A program made the position numbers and the translations under genes. DNA of 64,000 nt from an uncultured Anaerolineae bacterium (lineage in GTDB: Bacteria; Chloroflexota; Anaerolineae; Fen-1058), in contig CAYNML010000022.1 in NCBI GenBank assembly GCA_964398185.1, positions 6,877 through 70,876 on the forward strand, in the 5' to 3' direction. Shown in pieces: positions 33,103-41,937 of this stretch. How positions within the stretch are numbered: position 1 is the first letter of the stretch; the number at the start of each line of letters is the position of its first letter. The notes beneath the pieces are model-generated. The model did not search any database. It had not been told where the DNA came from and was given only the letters and a program-made list of their open reading frames with translations.

Positions 33103-34719
33103 ATGTCTGAAGAAAAACCTCGCAGAGCAGAGCAGCGTAAGCCTCGTTTTGCCACATCGTCCGACATCGAACTGAAGCCCTACTACACGCCGGGCGATGT
33201 CGCCGCCGATCCCGATCGGGACATTGGCAAGCCCGGCGAATTTCCGTACACACGCGGCGTGCAGCCCACGATGTATCGCGGCCGCTTCTGGACGATGCGC
33301 CAGTATGCGGGCTATGCCAGCGCGGCGGAATCGAATCAGCGGTATCGCTACCTGCTCGATCAGGGGCAGACGGGTCTCTCGGTCGCGTTCGATCTGCCCA
33401 CGCAGATCGGTTACGACGCCGATGATCCCATCGCCGCCGGGGAAGTGGGCAAGGTCGGCGTGAGCATCTCGTCGCTGCGCGATATGGAACTGCTGTTCGA
33501 TCAGATTCCGCTGGACAAGGTCAGCACCAGCATGACGATCAATGCGCCCGCGGCGGTGCTGCTGGCGATGTACATCGCGGTGGGCAAGAAGCAGGGCGTT
33601 GAATCGAAGGACTTGCGCGGCACGATCCAGAACGACATCCTGAAGGAATACATCGCGCGCGGCACGTACATTTTTCCGCCGCAGCCCGCGATGCGGTTGA
33701 TCACCGACATCTTCCAGTATTGCACGCGCGAAGTGCCGCACTGGAATACGATTAGCATCAGCGGTTATCACATCCGCGAAGCCGGATCGACGGCGGTGCA
33801 GGAAGTGGCCTTCACGCTGGCAAATGCGATCGCGTACGTGGAAGCGGCATTGAAGGCCGGCCTCAACATCGACGACTTCGCCGGACAGCTGTCGTTCTTC
33901 TTCAACGCGCACAACAACTTCCTCGAAGAAGTTGCCAAGTTCCGCGCGGCGCGGCGCTTATGGGCGCGCCTGATGCGCGATCGGTTTGGCGCGCAGAAAC
34001 CCAATTCGCTGAAGCTGCGCTTCCACACGCAGACCGGCGGCTCGACGTTGACGGCGCAGCAGCCGGAGAACAACGTGGTGCGCGTGACGCTGCAAGCACT
34101 GGCCGCGGTGCTGGGCGGCACGCAGTCGCTGCACACCAACTCGCGCGACGAGGCGTTGTGGCTGCCCACCGAAGATAGCGTCCGCATTGCGCTGCGCACG
34201 CAGCAGATCATCGCGCACGAATCGGGCGTGGCCGACACGATCGATCCATTGGCGGGATCATACGTCGTCGAGAGCCTGACCGACGAAATTGAAAAGCAGG
34301 CGCGGGCCTACATCGAGCGGATCGATCAGCTGGGCGGGGCGCTGAAGGCGATCGAGGCCGGGTACATTCAGGGCGAGATCGGCGACGCGGCGTATGCGTA
34401 TCAACGCGCCGTTGAGCGCGGCGAGCAGATCGTCGTGGGGATGAATCAATTCCAGGTGCAGGAGGAACTGCACTTGCAGCGCCAGAAGATCAATCCCGAA
34501 ATTGAGTCCGAGCAGAAGCGCCGCCTGGCCGAACTGCGCGCACGGCGCGACAATGCGAGAGCCAGCGAACTGCGTGGACAGTTGGAAAACGCCGCGCGCG
34601 GCACGGACAATTTGATGCCGCACATCCTGGCCTGCGTTGAAAACGATGTGACGTTGGGCGAAGTGTGCAACACGCTGCGCGGCGTGTTCGGCGAGTATCA
34701 CGCGTCGGCGGGAATCTAA
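33103..34719 (+). CDS. methylmalonyl-CoA mutase family catalytic (N-terminal TIM-barrel) subunit, lacking a fused B12-binding domain
   Basis: 538 aa. [25 protein letters not shown]...[18 protein letters not shown] is diagnostic of MCM-family mutases. Confidence 0.85.
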   Translation: MSEEKPRRAEQRKPRFATSSDIELKPYYTPGDVAADPDRDIGKPGEFPYTRGVQPTMYRGRFWTMRQYAGYASAAESNQRYRYLLDQGQTGLSVAFDLPTQIGYDADDPIAAGEVGKVGVSISSLRDMELLFDQIPLDKVSTSMTINAPAAVLLAMYIAVGKKQGVESKDLRGTIQNDILKEYIARGTYIFPPQPAMRLITDIFQYCTREVPHWNTISISGYHIREAGSTAVQEVAFTLANAIAYVEAALKAGLNIDDFAGQLSFFFNAHNNFLEEVAKFRAARRLWARLMRDRFGAQKPNSLKLRFHTQTGGSTLTAQQPENNVVRVTLQALAAVLGGTQSLHTNSRDEALWLPTEDSVRIALRTQQIIAHESGVADTIDPLAGSYVVESLTDEIEKQARAYIERIDQLGGALKAIEAGYIQGEIGDAAYAYQRAVERGEQIVVGMNQFQVQEELHLQRQKINPEIESEQKRRLAELRARRDNARASELRGQLENAARGTDNLMPHILACVENDVTLGEVCNTLRGVFGEYHASAGI

Positions 34720-34781
34720 AGCGTAAAACGTGAAACGTGAAGCGTAATCGGCCCATTACGTTTTACGCCTTACGTTTTACG
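34720..34781. repeat. hairpin repeat family D (CGTAAAACGTGAAACG ... CGTTTTACG)
   Basis: gcgtaaaacgtgaaacgtgaagcgtaatcggcccattacgttttacgccttacgttttacg. Related copies at 61375-61427 and 62689-62745. Confidence 0.7.
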
Positions 34782-34798
34782 AATTTTCAGGAGCAAGC

Positions 34799-35203
34799 AT
34801 GGCCGTTAAACGAATCGATCACATTGCGGTTGTTGTAGACGACATCGACGCTTCACTCGCTTTCTGGCGTGATGCGCTGGGGATGGACATGACGCACCTC
34901 GAAGAAGTGAAGGAGCAGGAATCCATCGTGGCGTTTCTGCCCACGGGCGGCAGCGAGGTGGAACTGGTGAAGCCGACGACCGAGACCAGCGGCGTCGCCA
35001 AGTACCTGGCCAAGCGCGGCCCCGGCATGCATCACATCTGCCTCGAAGTGGACAACCTCGAAGCGATGCTGGCCGACATGAAGGCCAAAGGCGTGAAGCT
35101 GATCAACGAGACGCCGACCCTCGGCGCGGGCGGGAAGAAGATCGCCTTCATTCATCCGTCCAGCGCGAACGGGGTGCTGGTGGAGTTGTATCAGGACGCG
35201 TGA
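34799..35203 (+). CDS. methylmalonyl-CoA epimerase (VOC/glyoxalase-fold)
   Basis: 134 aa. IDHIAVVVDDID...HHICLEVDN...LVELYQ. Context with PCC and MCM. Confidence 0.8.
   Translation: MAVKRIDHIAVVVDDIDASLAFWRDALGMDMTHLEEVKEQESIVAFLPTGGSEVELVKPTTETSGVAKYLAKRGPGMHHICLEVDNLEAMLADMKAKGVKLINETPTLGAGGKKIAFIHPSSANGVLVELYQDA
35120..35203. repeat. direct repeat DR-L: authentic 3' end of the epimerase gene (84 bp), duplicated at 36252-36335
   Basis: 80/84 identity with 36252-36335. Confidence 0.8.
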
Positions 35204-35251
35204 ACGAAGGATGAGGGCGCGCCAGGCGGCCCACCGCTGCTTTTTCGTTAC

Positions 35252-35281
35252 TTGACGCGAATTGTTAAGCGGCGCTATACT
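35252..35281 (+). promoter_or_regulatory. sigma70-like promoter TTGACG-N18-TATACT for the MNT/HepT cassette
   Basis: Hexamers read directly. About 100 bp upstream of ATG 35380. Confidence 0.5.
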
Positions 35282-35379
35282 TAATTTCAGGCACAGTCCA
35301 TCGGTGAGTTGGCTTCGATTCCCACATCGAAACCTGAGTCCATGATTCATGGATCAAGATCAAGAGCGAGCAGCTGATC

Positions 35380-35742
35380 ATGTCCTGGACAGCCGAAGAA
35401 ATGCACATCTATCAAAAGACGGCGCTAAAACGCCACCAAGCCGCCAGACAGCAGGTGGCACAGCGCCGCGCACGGGCGTGGGAATTGGCACGGCAAGCGG
35501 CCGAGCGCCTGAAGACCGAGTTCGGCGTCGAGCGGGTGATGGCCTTTGGCTCATTGATACACGCCGATCGATTTACGGAATGGTCAGACGTCGATCTGGC
35601 AGTGTGGGGGCTGACCAATCACAATTGGTTACGGGCCTCAGCGGCGGTGGGCTACGGTGACATTGAAATCAACCTGGTTGATGTGCAGAGCTGCCAACCG
35701 GAGTTACTGGCCAGCATTGAGCGCGAAGGAGTGCCGCTATGA
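35380..35742 (+). CDS. nucleotidyltransferase (MNT-type) antitoxin
   Basis: MAFGSLIHADRFTEWSDVDLAVWG nucleotidyltransferase motif. Confidence 0.75.
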   Translation: MSWTAEEMHIYQKTALKRHQAARQQVAQRRARAWELARQAAERLKTEFGVERVMAFGSLIHADRFTEWSDVDLAVWGLTNHNWLRASAAVGYGDIEINLVDVQSCQPELLASIEREGVPL

Positions 35743-36239
35743 TTCCGCGTTATCGCTTGTTGGCGGCTCGCATTCGAGCCGAGTTGCCAACGTTGGAGCG
35801 CAGCGTCGCGCAAACCGAGGGCGCCTTATTGCGCGCCGAACGGCAACCGGCTGATCAATCTTACTTTGTCGCGGCGGTGGCCTTCGAACTACACAGTTTT
35901 TACGCCGGTCTGGAGCGCCTGTTTGAATTGATTGGCAGCGACGTCGAACAAAGCCGCCCCTCCGGCGCGGCGTGGCATCGTAACCTGCTGACGCAAATGG
36001 CGCTGCCCATCACTGACGTGCGCCCCGCCGTCATACAGACCGAGACACAGACTGCTCTATTGGAATATCTGGAATTTCGACATGTGGTGCGGCACATGTA
36101 CACGTTCAATCTGCGGATCGATCGCGTCACCGAGTTGGGGCGGAGCTTACGTCCGGCCTTTGATCTGGCCCGCCGTGATTTGTTGCGGTTCGCAGAATTC
36201 CTCGATGGGTTAGCGACCGCCGATGAGGCTGGCCTGTAA
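35739..36239 (+). CDS. HepT-like (DUF86/HEPN) RNase toxin
   Basis: 4-nt overlap with the MNT gene. R-X4-H-X-Y motif in FRHVVRHMY. Confidence 0.7.
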   Translation: MIPRYRLLAARIRAELPTLERSVAQTEGALLRAERQPADQSYFVAAVAFELHSFYAGLERLFELIGSDVEQSRPSGAAWHRNLLTQMALPITDVRPAVIQTETQTALLEYLEFRHVVRHMYTFNLRIDRVTELGRSLRPAFDLARRDLLRFAEFLDGLATADEAGL

Positions 36240-36251
36240 AGCACACGGTCA

Positions 36252-36335
36252 CTCGGCGCGGGCGGGAAGTAGATCGCGTTCATTCATCCGTCCAGCGCGA
36301 ACGGGGTGCTGGTGGAGTTGTATCAGAACGCTTGA
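36252..36335. repeat. direct repeat DR-R: decayed copy of the epimerase 3' end (contains an in-frame TAG)
   Basis: Four mismatches relative to 35120-35203, including AAG to TAG. Confidence 0.8.
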
Positions 36336-36508
36336 GAATCAGCGAGTCAGCGAATCAGCGAAGGGGAGAGGTTCCCTTTCGCTGATTTTTGTTTTGCTTT
36401 GCGACTCCAGACCGACATTGCCCATGTGCAGCAATTTCACACTGCCAAGAGGTTGAAAGTATAATAATTGCACTCGCTTTGAGCCTTTCGAAAAGGTGAT
36501 GGTTATTC

Positions 36509-37621
36509 ATGTCTACAGATCATTTCTTCGATGAAACCACTGAGCAGTCAACTGTTAAAACCGCGATAGTGTCGAAGTACTTTTGGGCTTGGGCAAAGGT
36601 AATAATGCCGACAGCCAAGAAAGGTCCTGGAAGAATTGCCTACATTGACTTGTTTGCTGGACCCGGTCGCTACAAGGACGGAACAAAATCCACGCCTGTA
36701 CTCATTTTGGAGAAGGCGATACAAGATGCGGATATGCGCCGAATGCTTGTTACGATGTTTAATGACAAAGACGAAGATAACTCACGTTCATTAGAGAAAG
36801 CAATCCGCGAGTTGCCGGGAATTGAAACACTAAAGCACCGGCCTCAAATCAGCACACAGGAAGTCGGTACTGAGCTCGTCAAAATGTTTGAGCGGATGCG
36901 GTTAGTGCCGACCCTGTTCTTTGTTGATCCTTGGGGATACAAGGGTCTGTCGCTTCGGTTGGTCAACTCGGTGTTAAAGGATTGGGGCTGTGACTGCATC
37001 TTTTTCTTTAACTACAATCGCATCAGCATGGGACTCAATAACGATCTGGTGCGCGAACACATGAATGCATTGTTTGGGCAGAAGCGCGCGGATGAATTGC
37101 GGTTAAGAATGGAGCCGCTTCAGCCACACGAACGTGAGCTGGTCATCGTGGAAGAAATCTGTCAAGCACTGAAAGAAATGGGCGGTGCATATGTCTTGCC
37201 GTTTCGCTTCAGGAACTATCTCGGCAGTAGAACAAGTCATCACTTGATATTTGTCAGCAAGCATCCCAAGGGCTACGAAATCATGAAAGAGATTATGGCC
37301 CAACTAAGTTCTTCTAGCGAGCAAGGAGTGCCCTCTTTTGAATATAGCCCTGCGGATAAGCGACAGCCGTTGTTGTTTGAATTGTCCCGCCCGTTGGACG
37401 ATTTGGAGGAAATGCTCGTCTCAGATTTCGCAGGTAAAACGTTGACGATGCAGCAGATCTACGAAAGTCATAACGTCGGTAGACCGTATATCAAACGGAA
37501 TTATAAAGATGTATTGATGAAGTTGGAGGCAAGTGGTACGATTAAAGTAGAACCGCATCGTAAAGGTACTTTTGGCGACAATGTCGTTGTCACATTTCCA
37601 CAAAAACGCGGGGGCAAGTAG
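36509..37621 (+). CDS. tcmP: TcmP-like (three-Cys-motif partner protein) family protein
   Basis: 370 aa. TATAAT and AAAAGGTGA upstream. Motifs DLFAGPGRY and [10 protein letters not shown]. Immediately followed by a three-Cys Gp37/Gp68-family gene, the defining context I recall for the TcmP family. Confidence 0.65.
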   Translation: MSTDHFFDETTEQSTVKTAIVSKYFWAWAKVIMPTAKKGPGRIAYIDLFAGPGRYKDGTKSTPVLILEKAIQDADMRRMLVTMFNDKDEDNSRSLEKAIRELPGIETLKHRPQISTQEVGTELVKMFERMRLVPTLFFVDPWGYKGLSLRLVNSVLKDWGCDCIFFFNYNRISMGLNNDLVREHMNALFGQKRADELRLRMEPLQPHERELVIVEEICQALKEMGGAYVLPFRFRNYLGSRTSHHLIFVSKHPKGYEIMKEIMAQLSSSSEQGVPSFEYSPADKRQPLLFELSRPLDDLEEMLVSDFAGKTLTMQQIYESHNVGRPYIKRNYKDVLMKLEASGTIKVEPHRKGTFGDNVVVTFPQKRGGK

Positions 37622-37623
37622 AA

Positions 37624-38355
37624 GTGGCCACCAAATCCAGCATCGAATGGACTGAATCCACCTGGAATCCATTAACGGGCTGCACCAAGATCAGCCCGGG
37701 CTGCAAGCATTGTTATGCTGAACGCATGGCAAAACGTCTACGCGCCATGGGCCAGCCCAACTACGCCAACGGCTTCAAGTTGACGCTGCATCCGCAAGCG
37801 CTGGAAATTCCGCTGGGCTGGAAGAAGCCGCAGATGATCTTCGTCAACTCCATGAGCGATCTCTTCCACAAAGATGTGCCGGTGGACTTCATTCAGCAAG
37901 TCTTTGATGTGATGCGCCGCGCCGACTGGCACCGGTTTCAAGTTCTCACCAAACGCGCTGAACGCTTGCTTGAAATCGACCCGCAAATTGAGTGGCCGTC
38001 CAACGTGTGGATGGGGGTCAGCGTCGAGAATCAGGACTACAAGTATCGCATCGAGTTGCTGCGGCAGACTCACGCCAAGATCAAGTTCCTCTCGCTGGAA
38101 CCGCTGTTGGGGCCACTGCCTCGCTTGAACTTGAAGGGCATCAACTGGGTCATCGTCGGGGGTGAATCGGGGCCGGGCGCACGGCCTTTGCGGGAAGAAT
38201 GGGTAATCGACATTCGCGATCAATGCAAAGCAAGGCACGTGCCGTTCTTCTTCAAGCAATGGGGCGGCGTGCAAAAGAAACGGGCCGGGCGATTGCTGCA
38301 AGGGGAAATCTACAGCCAGATGCCCGAACAAGATTGGATCGGCGCAACAGCTTGA
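37624..38355 (+). CDS. three-Cys-motif protein, phage Gp37/Gp68 (DUF5131) family
   Basis: 243 aa. N-terminus [20 protein letters not shown] (C-X6-C-X2-C). C-terminus [13 protein letters not shown]...FFFKQWGG. Confidence 0.7.
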   Translation: MATKSSIEWTESTWNPLTGCTKISPGCKHCYAERMAKRLRAMGQPNYANGFKLTLHPQALEIPLGWKKPQMIFVNSMSDLFHKDVPVDFIQQVFDVMRRADWHRFQVLTKRAERLLEIDPQIEWPSNVWMGVSVENQDYKYRIELLRQTHAKIKFLSLEPLLGPLPRLNLKGINWVIVGGESGPGARPLREEWVIDIRDQCKARHVPFFFKQWGGVQKKRAGRLLQGEIYSQMPEQDWIGATA

Positions 38356-38541
38356 ACTGCTGATTATCTTTTCTGTTTCGGATCAATAAGCGAGCGAATC
38401 GTGCTGACGATTCGCTCGCTCGTTGATTCATTGATTCGCTGATTTTGACTTCCCCTGTGGTACAATCGCTCCACTCAACTTGCCGCGAATCCTCCCGGAG
38501 GTTCTAAACCTCCGGGAGGCTCCAGGTCTTCAGGTGATTCA

Positions 38542-41403
38542 ATGGATTTGCTGCACGGACTCAATCCCCAGCAGGCGCGGGCAGTGGAAGCGCCCGACGG
38601 GCCGGTGCTGGTTCTCGCCGGACCCGGCTCGGGCAAGACACGCGTGCTCACACATCGCGTGGCGTATCTGGTCGAGGTGCGCAAGGTCTGGCCGCGCCAG
38701 ATCCTGGCGGTGACGTTTACGAACAAGGCCGCGCGCGAGATGCGCGAACGGCTCGCTAAGATCCTCGGCCCAACCCGATCGGGTGAGCTGACCCTCGGCA
38801 CGTTCCACGCCATCTGCGCGCGCTGGCTGCGCCGCGATGCGCCCGAGATTGGCCTGAGCCGCGACTTTGTGATCTTCGACGAGGACGATCAGCAGCAGGT
38901 GGTCAAGCGCGTGCTGGCCGAGTTGAACATCGACGACAAGAAGTACAAGCCCTCGGCGGTGCTCAACGCGATCTCGAATGCGAAAAACGAACTGATCACG
39001 CCCGACATCTATCAGCCTCCGACGTACTGGCACGAGATGATCCGCCGCATCTATCCGCGCTATCAGGAACTGCTGCGCCAGAGCAACGGCCTGGACTTCG
39101 ACGATCTGCTGCTGGAAGTGGTGCGCCTGTTCGATGCGCGCCCTGACATTCTATCGCGCTATCAGGATCGCTACCAGCACATCCTCGTCGACGAATTTCA
39201 AGATACCAACACGGTGCAGTATGCGTTGATCAGTCGCCTAGCGGCGAAGTCGCATAACATCTTCTGCGTGGGGGATGAAGATCAATGTTTGCCAGCGGGT
39301 ACGCTGGTGCAAACGCCCGATGGCGTAAAGCCGATTGAGCGTATTCGAGTAGGTGAGCAGGTCATTGCCGCCAGCGGCGCAGGTGATGTGCAGGCCGCAT
39401 TGGTCACCCATGTGGATAGCCGAGACTACGCTGGATACGCTGTTCGGCTGAAGACGCGCGACGGTTATGCAGTTTGCGCTACGCCCAATCATGTCATGTT
39501 TGCGCGAACCGCGACAGCCGCAAATGAATTGCGGCCTGCTAGGGAAAACAGGCTGAAGCCTGTTGCGGCGGCGGCGTCTGCGTCTGAAATCCGTTTTAAC
39601 GGATTTGATCCTATCAGACGCCGAATTCATTCGGCGGGCTTGCGCTCCTCCATGCTGCTGGACGAGAACGCAGCGAATGGCCAAGCGCTTGAAGTTGCGT
39701 GCGGCCCCTATTTGTGCGATTTTACCGATCAAATTCCAGCCCGGCGTTTCGAGCTGCTCCCCTTAAGCCATTTGCGCACCTCAATGCGCGTGGCTGTTTT
39801 TTACGAAGGGCAGATCGTGGAAGACGAAGTTGCCGAAGTTCAGTGGGAGCACTACCGCGGCAAGGTCTATGACCTTGAAGTAGCCGATGTGCATAACTAC
39901 CTGGCTGGAGGCGTCGTCGTTCATAACTCAATTTACAAGTGGCGCGGCGCGGACTTCCGCAACATCCAGCGTTTCCGCGAGCACAACCCCGGCCTGACGC
40001 AGATCGTCCTCGAAGAGAATTACCGCTCGACGCAGACCATCCTCGATGCGGCGCGCGGCGTGATCGACAAGAACACCCAACGGACGCGCAAGAACCTCTT
40101 CACGCAGCGCTCGGGTGGCACGGCGATCAGCGTCTACGAAGCTTACAATCAGGACGACGAAGCGCAGTACGTCGTCGATACGATTCAGCAGTTGATCAAA
40201 AAGCAGCAGTACAAGCTCTCCGATTTTGCCGTGTTCTATCGCACCAACGCCCAGTCCCGCGCGATTGAAGATACGTTCGTGCGGATGGGCGTGCCGTATC
40301 GGCTGGTGGGCGGCGTGCGCTTCTATTCGCGCCGAGAAATCAAGGACGTGCTGGCGTATCTGCGGCTGGTGCACAATCCGCACGACGCGGTGAGTCTGGC
40401 GCGCGTGATCAACGTGCCCGCGCGCGGCATCGGCGTCAAGACGCTGGAGGTGCTCGACGAAGCGTCACGCCGCAGCGGCCACTCGCCGTATCAACTCATT
40501 CACGACGCACCCAATCTCGATCAGGCCGTGCCGGGTCTCACAACGAAAGCCAGGCAGGCGCTGCTCGGCTTTGCGCAGTTGATCGATCGCTGGATCGATT
40601 CGCCGCAGCGGGCGCGCAGCGTGGCCGAGTTGATGGATCTCGTCCTGCGCGATTCCGGCTACTTCAAGCACGTCAACGACGGCACCGACGAAGGCCGCGA
40701 TCGCTGGGACAACATCAAGGAACTGCGCAACGTCGCCGCCGATTACACACAGGCGCTGGGCGACGATCCGCTGGCGCACTTCCTCGAAGATGTGGCGTTG
40801 GTGGCCGATGTCGATTCGCTGAAGGATCAGGTCGATGCGCCGGTGCTGATGACGCTGCACGCCGCAAAAGGGCTGGAATTCCCGATCGTTTTCATCACCG
40901 GCATGGAAGAAGGGCTGCTGCCGCACTCGCGTTCGCTGGAAGATCCCGAAGAGATGGCCGAGGAGCGCCGCCTGTGTTACGTGGGCATCACGCGCGCCAA
41001 AGATCGCGTCTTCCTGTCGTATGCCTTCCGCCGCACCATGTGGGGCAGCAGCGATGTCAGCACGCCGTCGCGTTTCTTGAGCGACATTCCCAAAGCGCTG
41101 GTCAGCGGATCGGCTTCGTTTGCCGATGTGCGACCGCGCGAGGCCGCCGCGATTCGTGCTTCGACGTGGGAGACGCCGTCCGGCGCGGCCGCCGGGGCCA
41201 AGCCCGCCCGATCGGTTGCCGCACCCTCGCGCGCTTTGCAGTTCCGCGCGGGGCAGCGCGTGAAACACGCCCAGTTCGGCGAAGGCATCGTGATCGAAAG
41301 CAAGCTCGATCGCAACGACGAAGAAGTGACGGTGGCCTTCAAGAAGGCCGGCATCAAGCGTCTGCTGGCGAGCTTTGCGAACTTGCAGAAATTACCTGGC
41401 TAA
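38542..41403 (+). CDS. pcrA: ATP-dependent DNA helicase PcrA/UvrD (SF1), interrupted by an in-frame intein (exteins 38542-39285 and 39928-41403)
   Basis: Motif I GPGSGKT, II HILVDEFQDTN, III VGDEDQ / SIYKWRGAD split by a 214-aa insert. The C-terminal Tudor-like domain is present. Confidence 0.9.
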   Translation: MDLLHGLNPQQARAVEAPDGPVLVLAGPGSGKTRVLTHRVAYLVEVRKVWPRQILAVTFTNKAAREMRERLAKILGPTRSGELTLGTFHAICARWLRRDAPEIGLSRDFVIFDEDDQQQVVKRVLAELNIDDKKYKPSAVLNAISNAKNELITPDIYQPPTYWHEMIRRIYPRYQELLRQSNGLDFDDLLLEVVRLFDARPDILSRYQDRYQHILVDEFQDTNTVQYALISRLAAKSHNIFCVGDEDQCLPAGTLVQTPDGVKPIERIRVGEQVIAASGAGDVQAALVTHVDSRDYAGYAVRLKTRDGYAVCATPNHVMFARTATAANELRPARENRLKPVAAAASASEIRFNGFDPIRRRIHSAGLRSSMLLDENAANGQALEVACGPYLCDFTDQIPARRFELLPLSHLRTSMRVAVFYEGQIVEDEVAEVQWEHYRGKVYDLEVADVHNYLAGGVVVHNSIYKWRGADFRNIQRFREHNPGLTQIVLEENYRSTQTILDAARGVIDKNTQRTRKNLFTQRSGGTAISVYEAYNQDDEAQYVVDTIQQLIKKQQYKLSDFAVFYRTNAQSRAIEDTFVRMGVPYRLVGGVRFYSRREIKDVLAYLRLVHNPHDAVSLARVINVPARGIGVKTLEVLDEASRRSGHSPYQLIHDAPNLDQAVPGLTTKARQALLGFAQLIDRWIDSPQRARSVAELMDLVLRDSGYFKHVNDGTDEGRDRWDNIKELRNVAADYTQALGDDPLAHFLEDVALVADVDSLKDQVDAPVLMTLHAAKGLEFPIVFITGMEEGLLPHSRSLEDPEEMAEERRLCYVGITRAKDRVFLSYAFRRTMWGSSDVSTPSRFLSDIPKALVSGSASFADVRPREAAAIRASTWETPSGAAAGAKPARSVAAPSRALQFRAGQRVKHAQFGEGIVIESKLDRNDEEVTVAFKKAGIKRLLASFANLQKLPG
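39286..39927 (+). mobile_element. mini-intein (214 aa) inserted in helicase motif III of PcrA
   Basis: Begins CLPAGTLVQTPDG (block A). Block B CATPNHVMF (TxxH). Ends VYDLEVADVHNYLAGGVVVHN followed by extein Ser. No LAGLIDADG/HNH endonuclease blocks seen. Confidence 0.8.
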
Positions 41404-41454
41404 AGAAGACCTCGGAGGTTTCGCGAAGCGCCTCCAAGGTCTATTGGTGGCATC

Positions 41455-41937
41455 ATGCAAAAACTTCTCATCGACGGCCATAACCTCATCGGGCAGACGC
41501 CGGGCCTCTCGCTGGCGGATCCCCACGACGAGCAGAAGCTCGTCGTGATGCTGCGCCAGTATGCGGCGCGCAAGAACGCCCGCATCGTGGTCGTCTTTGA
41601 TTCCGGAAATCCCGGCGGGAAGTCGAAGGAACTCTCGGGCGGCAACGTGACCGCCATCTTTGCCGGATCGCACACCATCGCCGATCGCATCCTGATGGAG
41701 CGCATCCGCGAATTGAAGAACTCGGGCGACTGGATCGTAGTGTCGTCCGATCGGGAAGTGCAGCAGGCCGCGCAGCAGCGCAAGATGAACGTGTGGAGCT
41801 CGGCCGACTTCGCCAAAAAACTGGGCGCCGCGCCGCAGCGCGACGCCTCGGCGGAACCGCCTCAGGCGAAAGACAGCGGCCTGACCAAATCCGAAGTAGA
41901 TGAATGGCTGCGTTTGTTCAAACAGGAGCGGAAGTAG
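41455..41937 (+). CDS. NYN/YacP-like PIN-fold RNA-binding domain protein
   Basis: LLIDGHNLIGQ...VVFDSG is the YacP-like NYN pattern. Confidence 0.7.
   Translation: MQKLLIDGHNLIGQTPGLSLADPHDEQKLVVMLRQYAARKNARIVVVFDSGNPGGKSKELSGGNVTAIFAGSHTIADRILMERIRELKNSGDWIVVSSDREVQQAAQQRKMNVWSSADFAKKLGAAPQRDASAEPPQAKDSGLTKSEVDEWLRLFKQERK

Larger units (their letters stand above)
36391..38433. other. low-GC (~48-53%) two-gene islet flanked by 13-bp direct repeats (t/a)TTCGCTGATTTT at 36378-36390 and 38434-38446
   Basis: Marked AT enrichment relative to ~63% GC flanks. The DR sits in the 3' half of a terminator-like hairpin. Confidence 0.65.

Noticed and set aside
36391-41403. Considered whether the TcmP islet plus the intein-containing pcrA form a prophage remnant
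   Set aside because: There are no integrase, terminase, capsid or tail genes. The intein is a selfish protein-level element within a core helicase. The GC drop is confined to the two islet genes.
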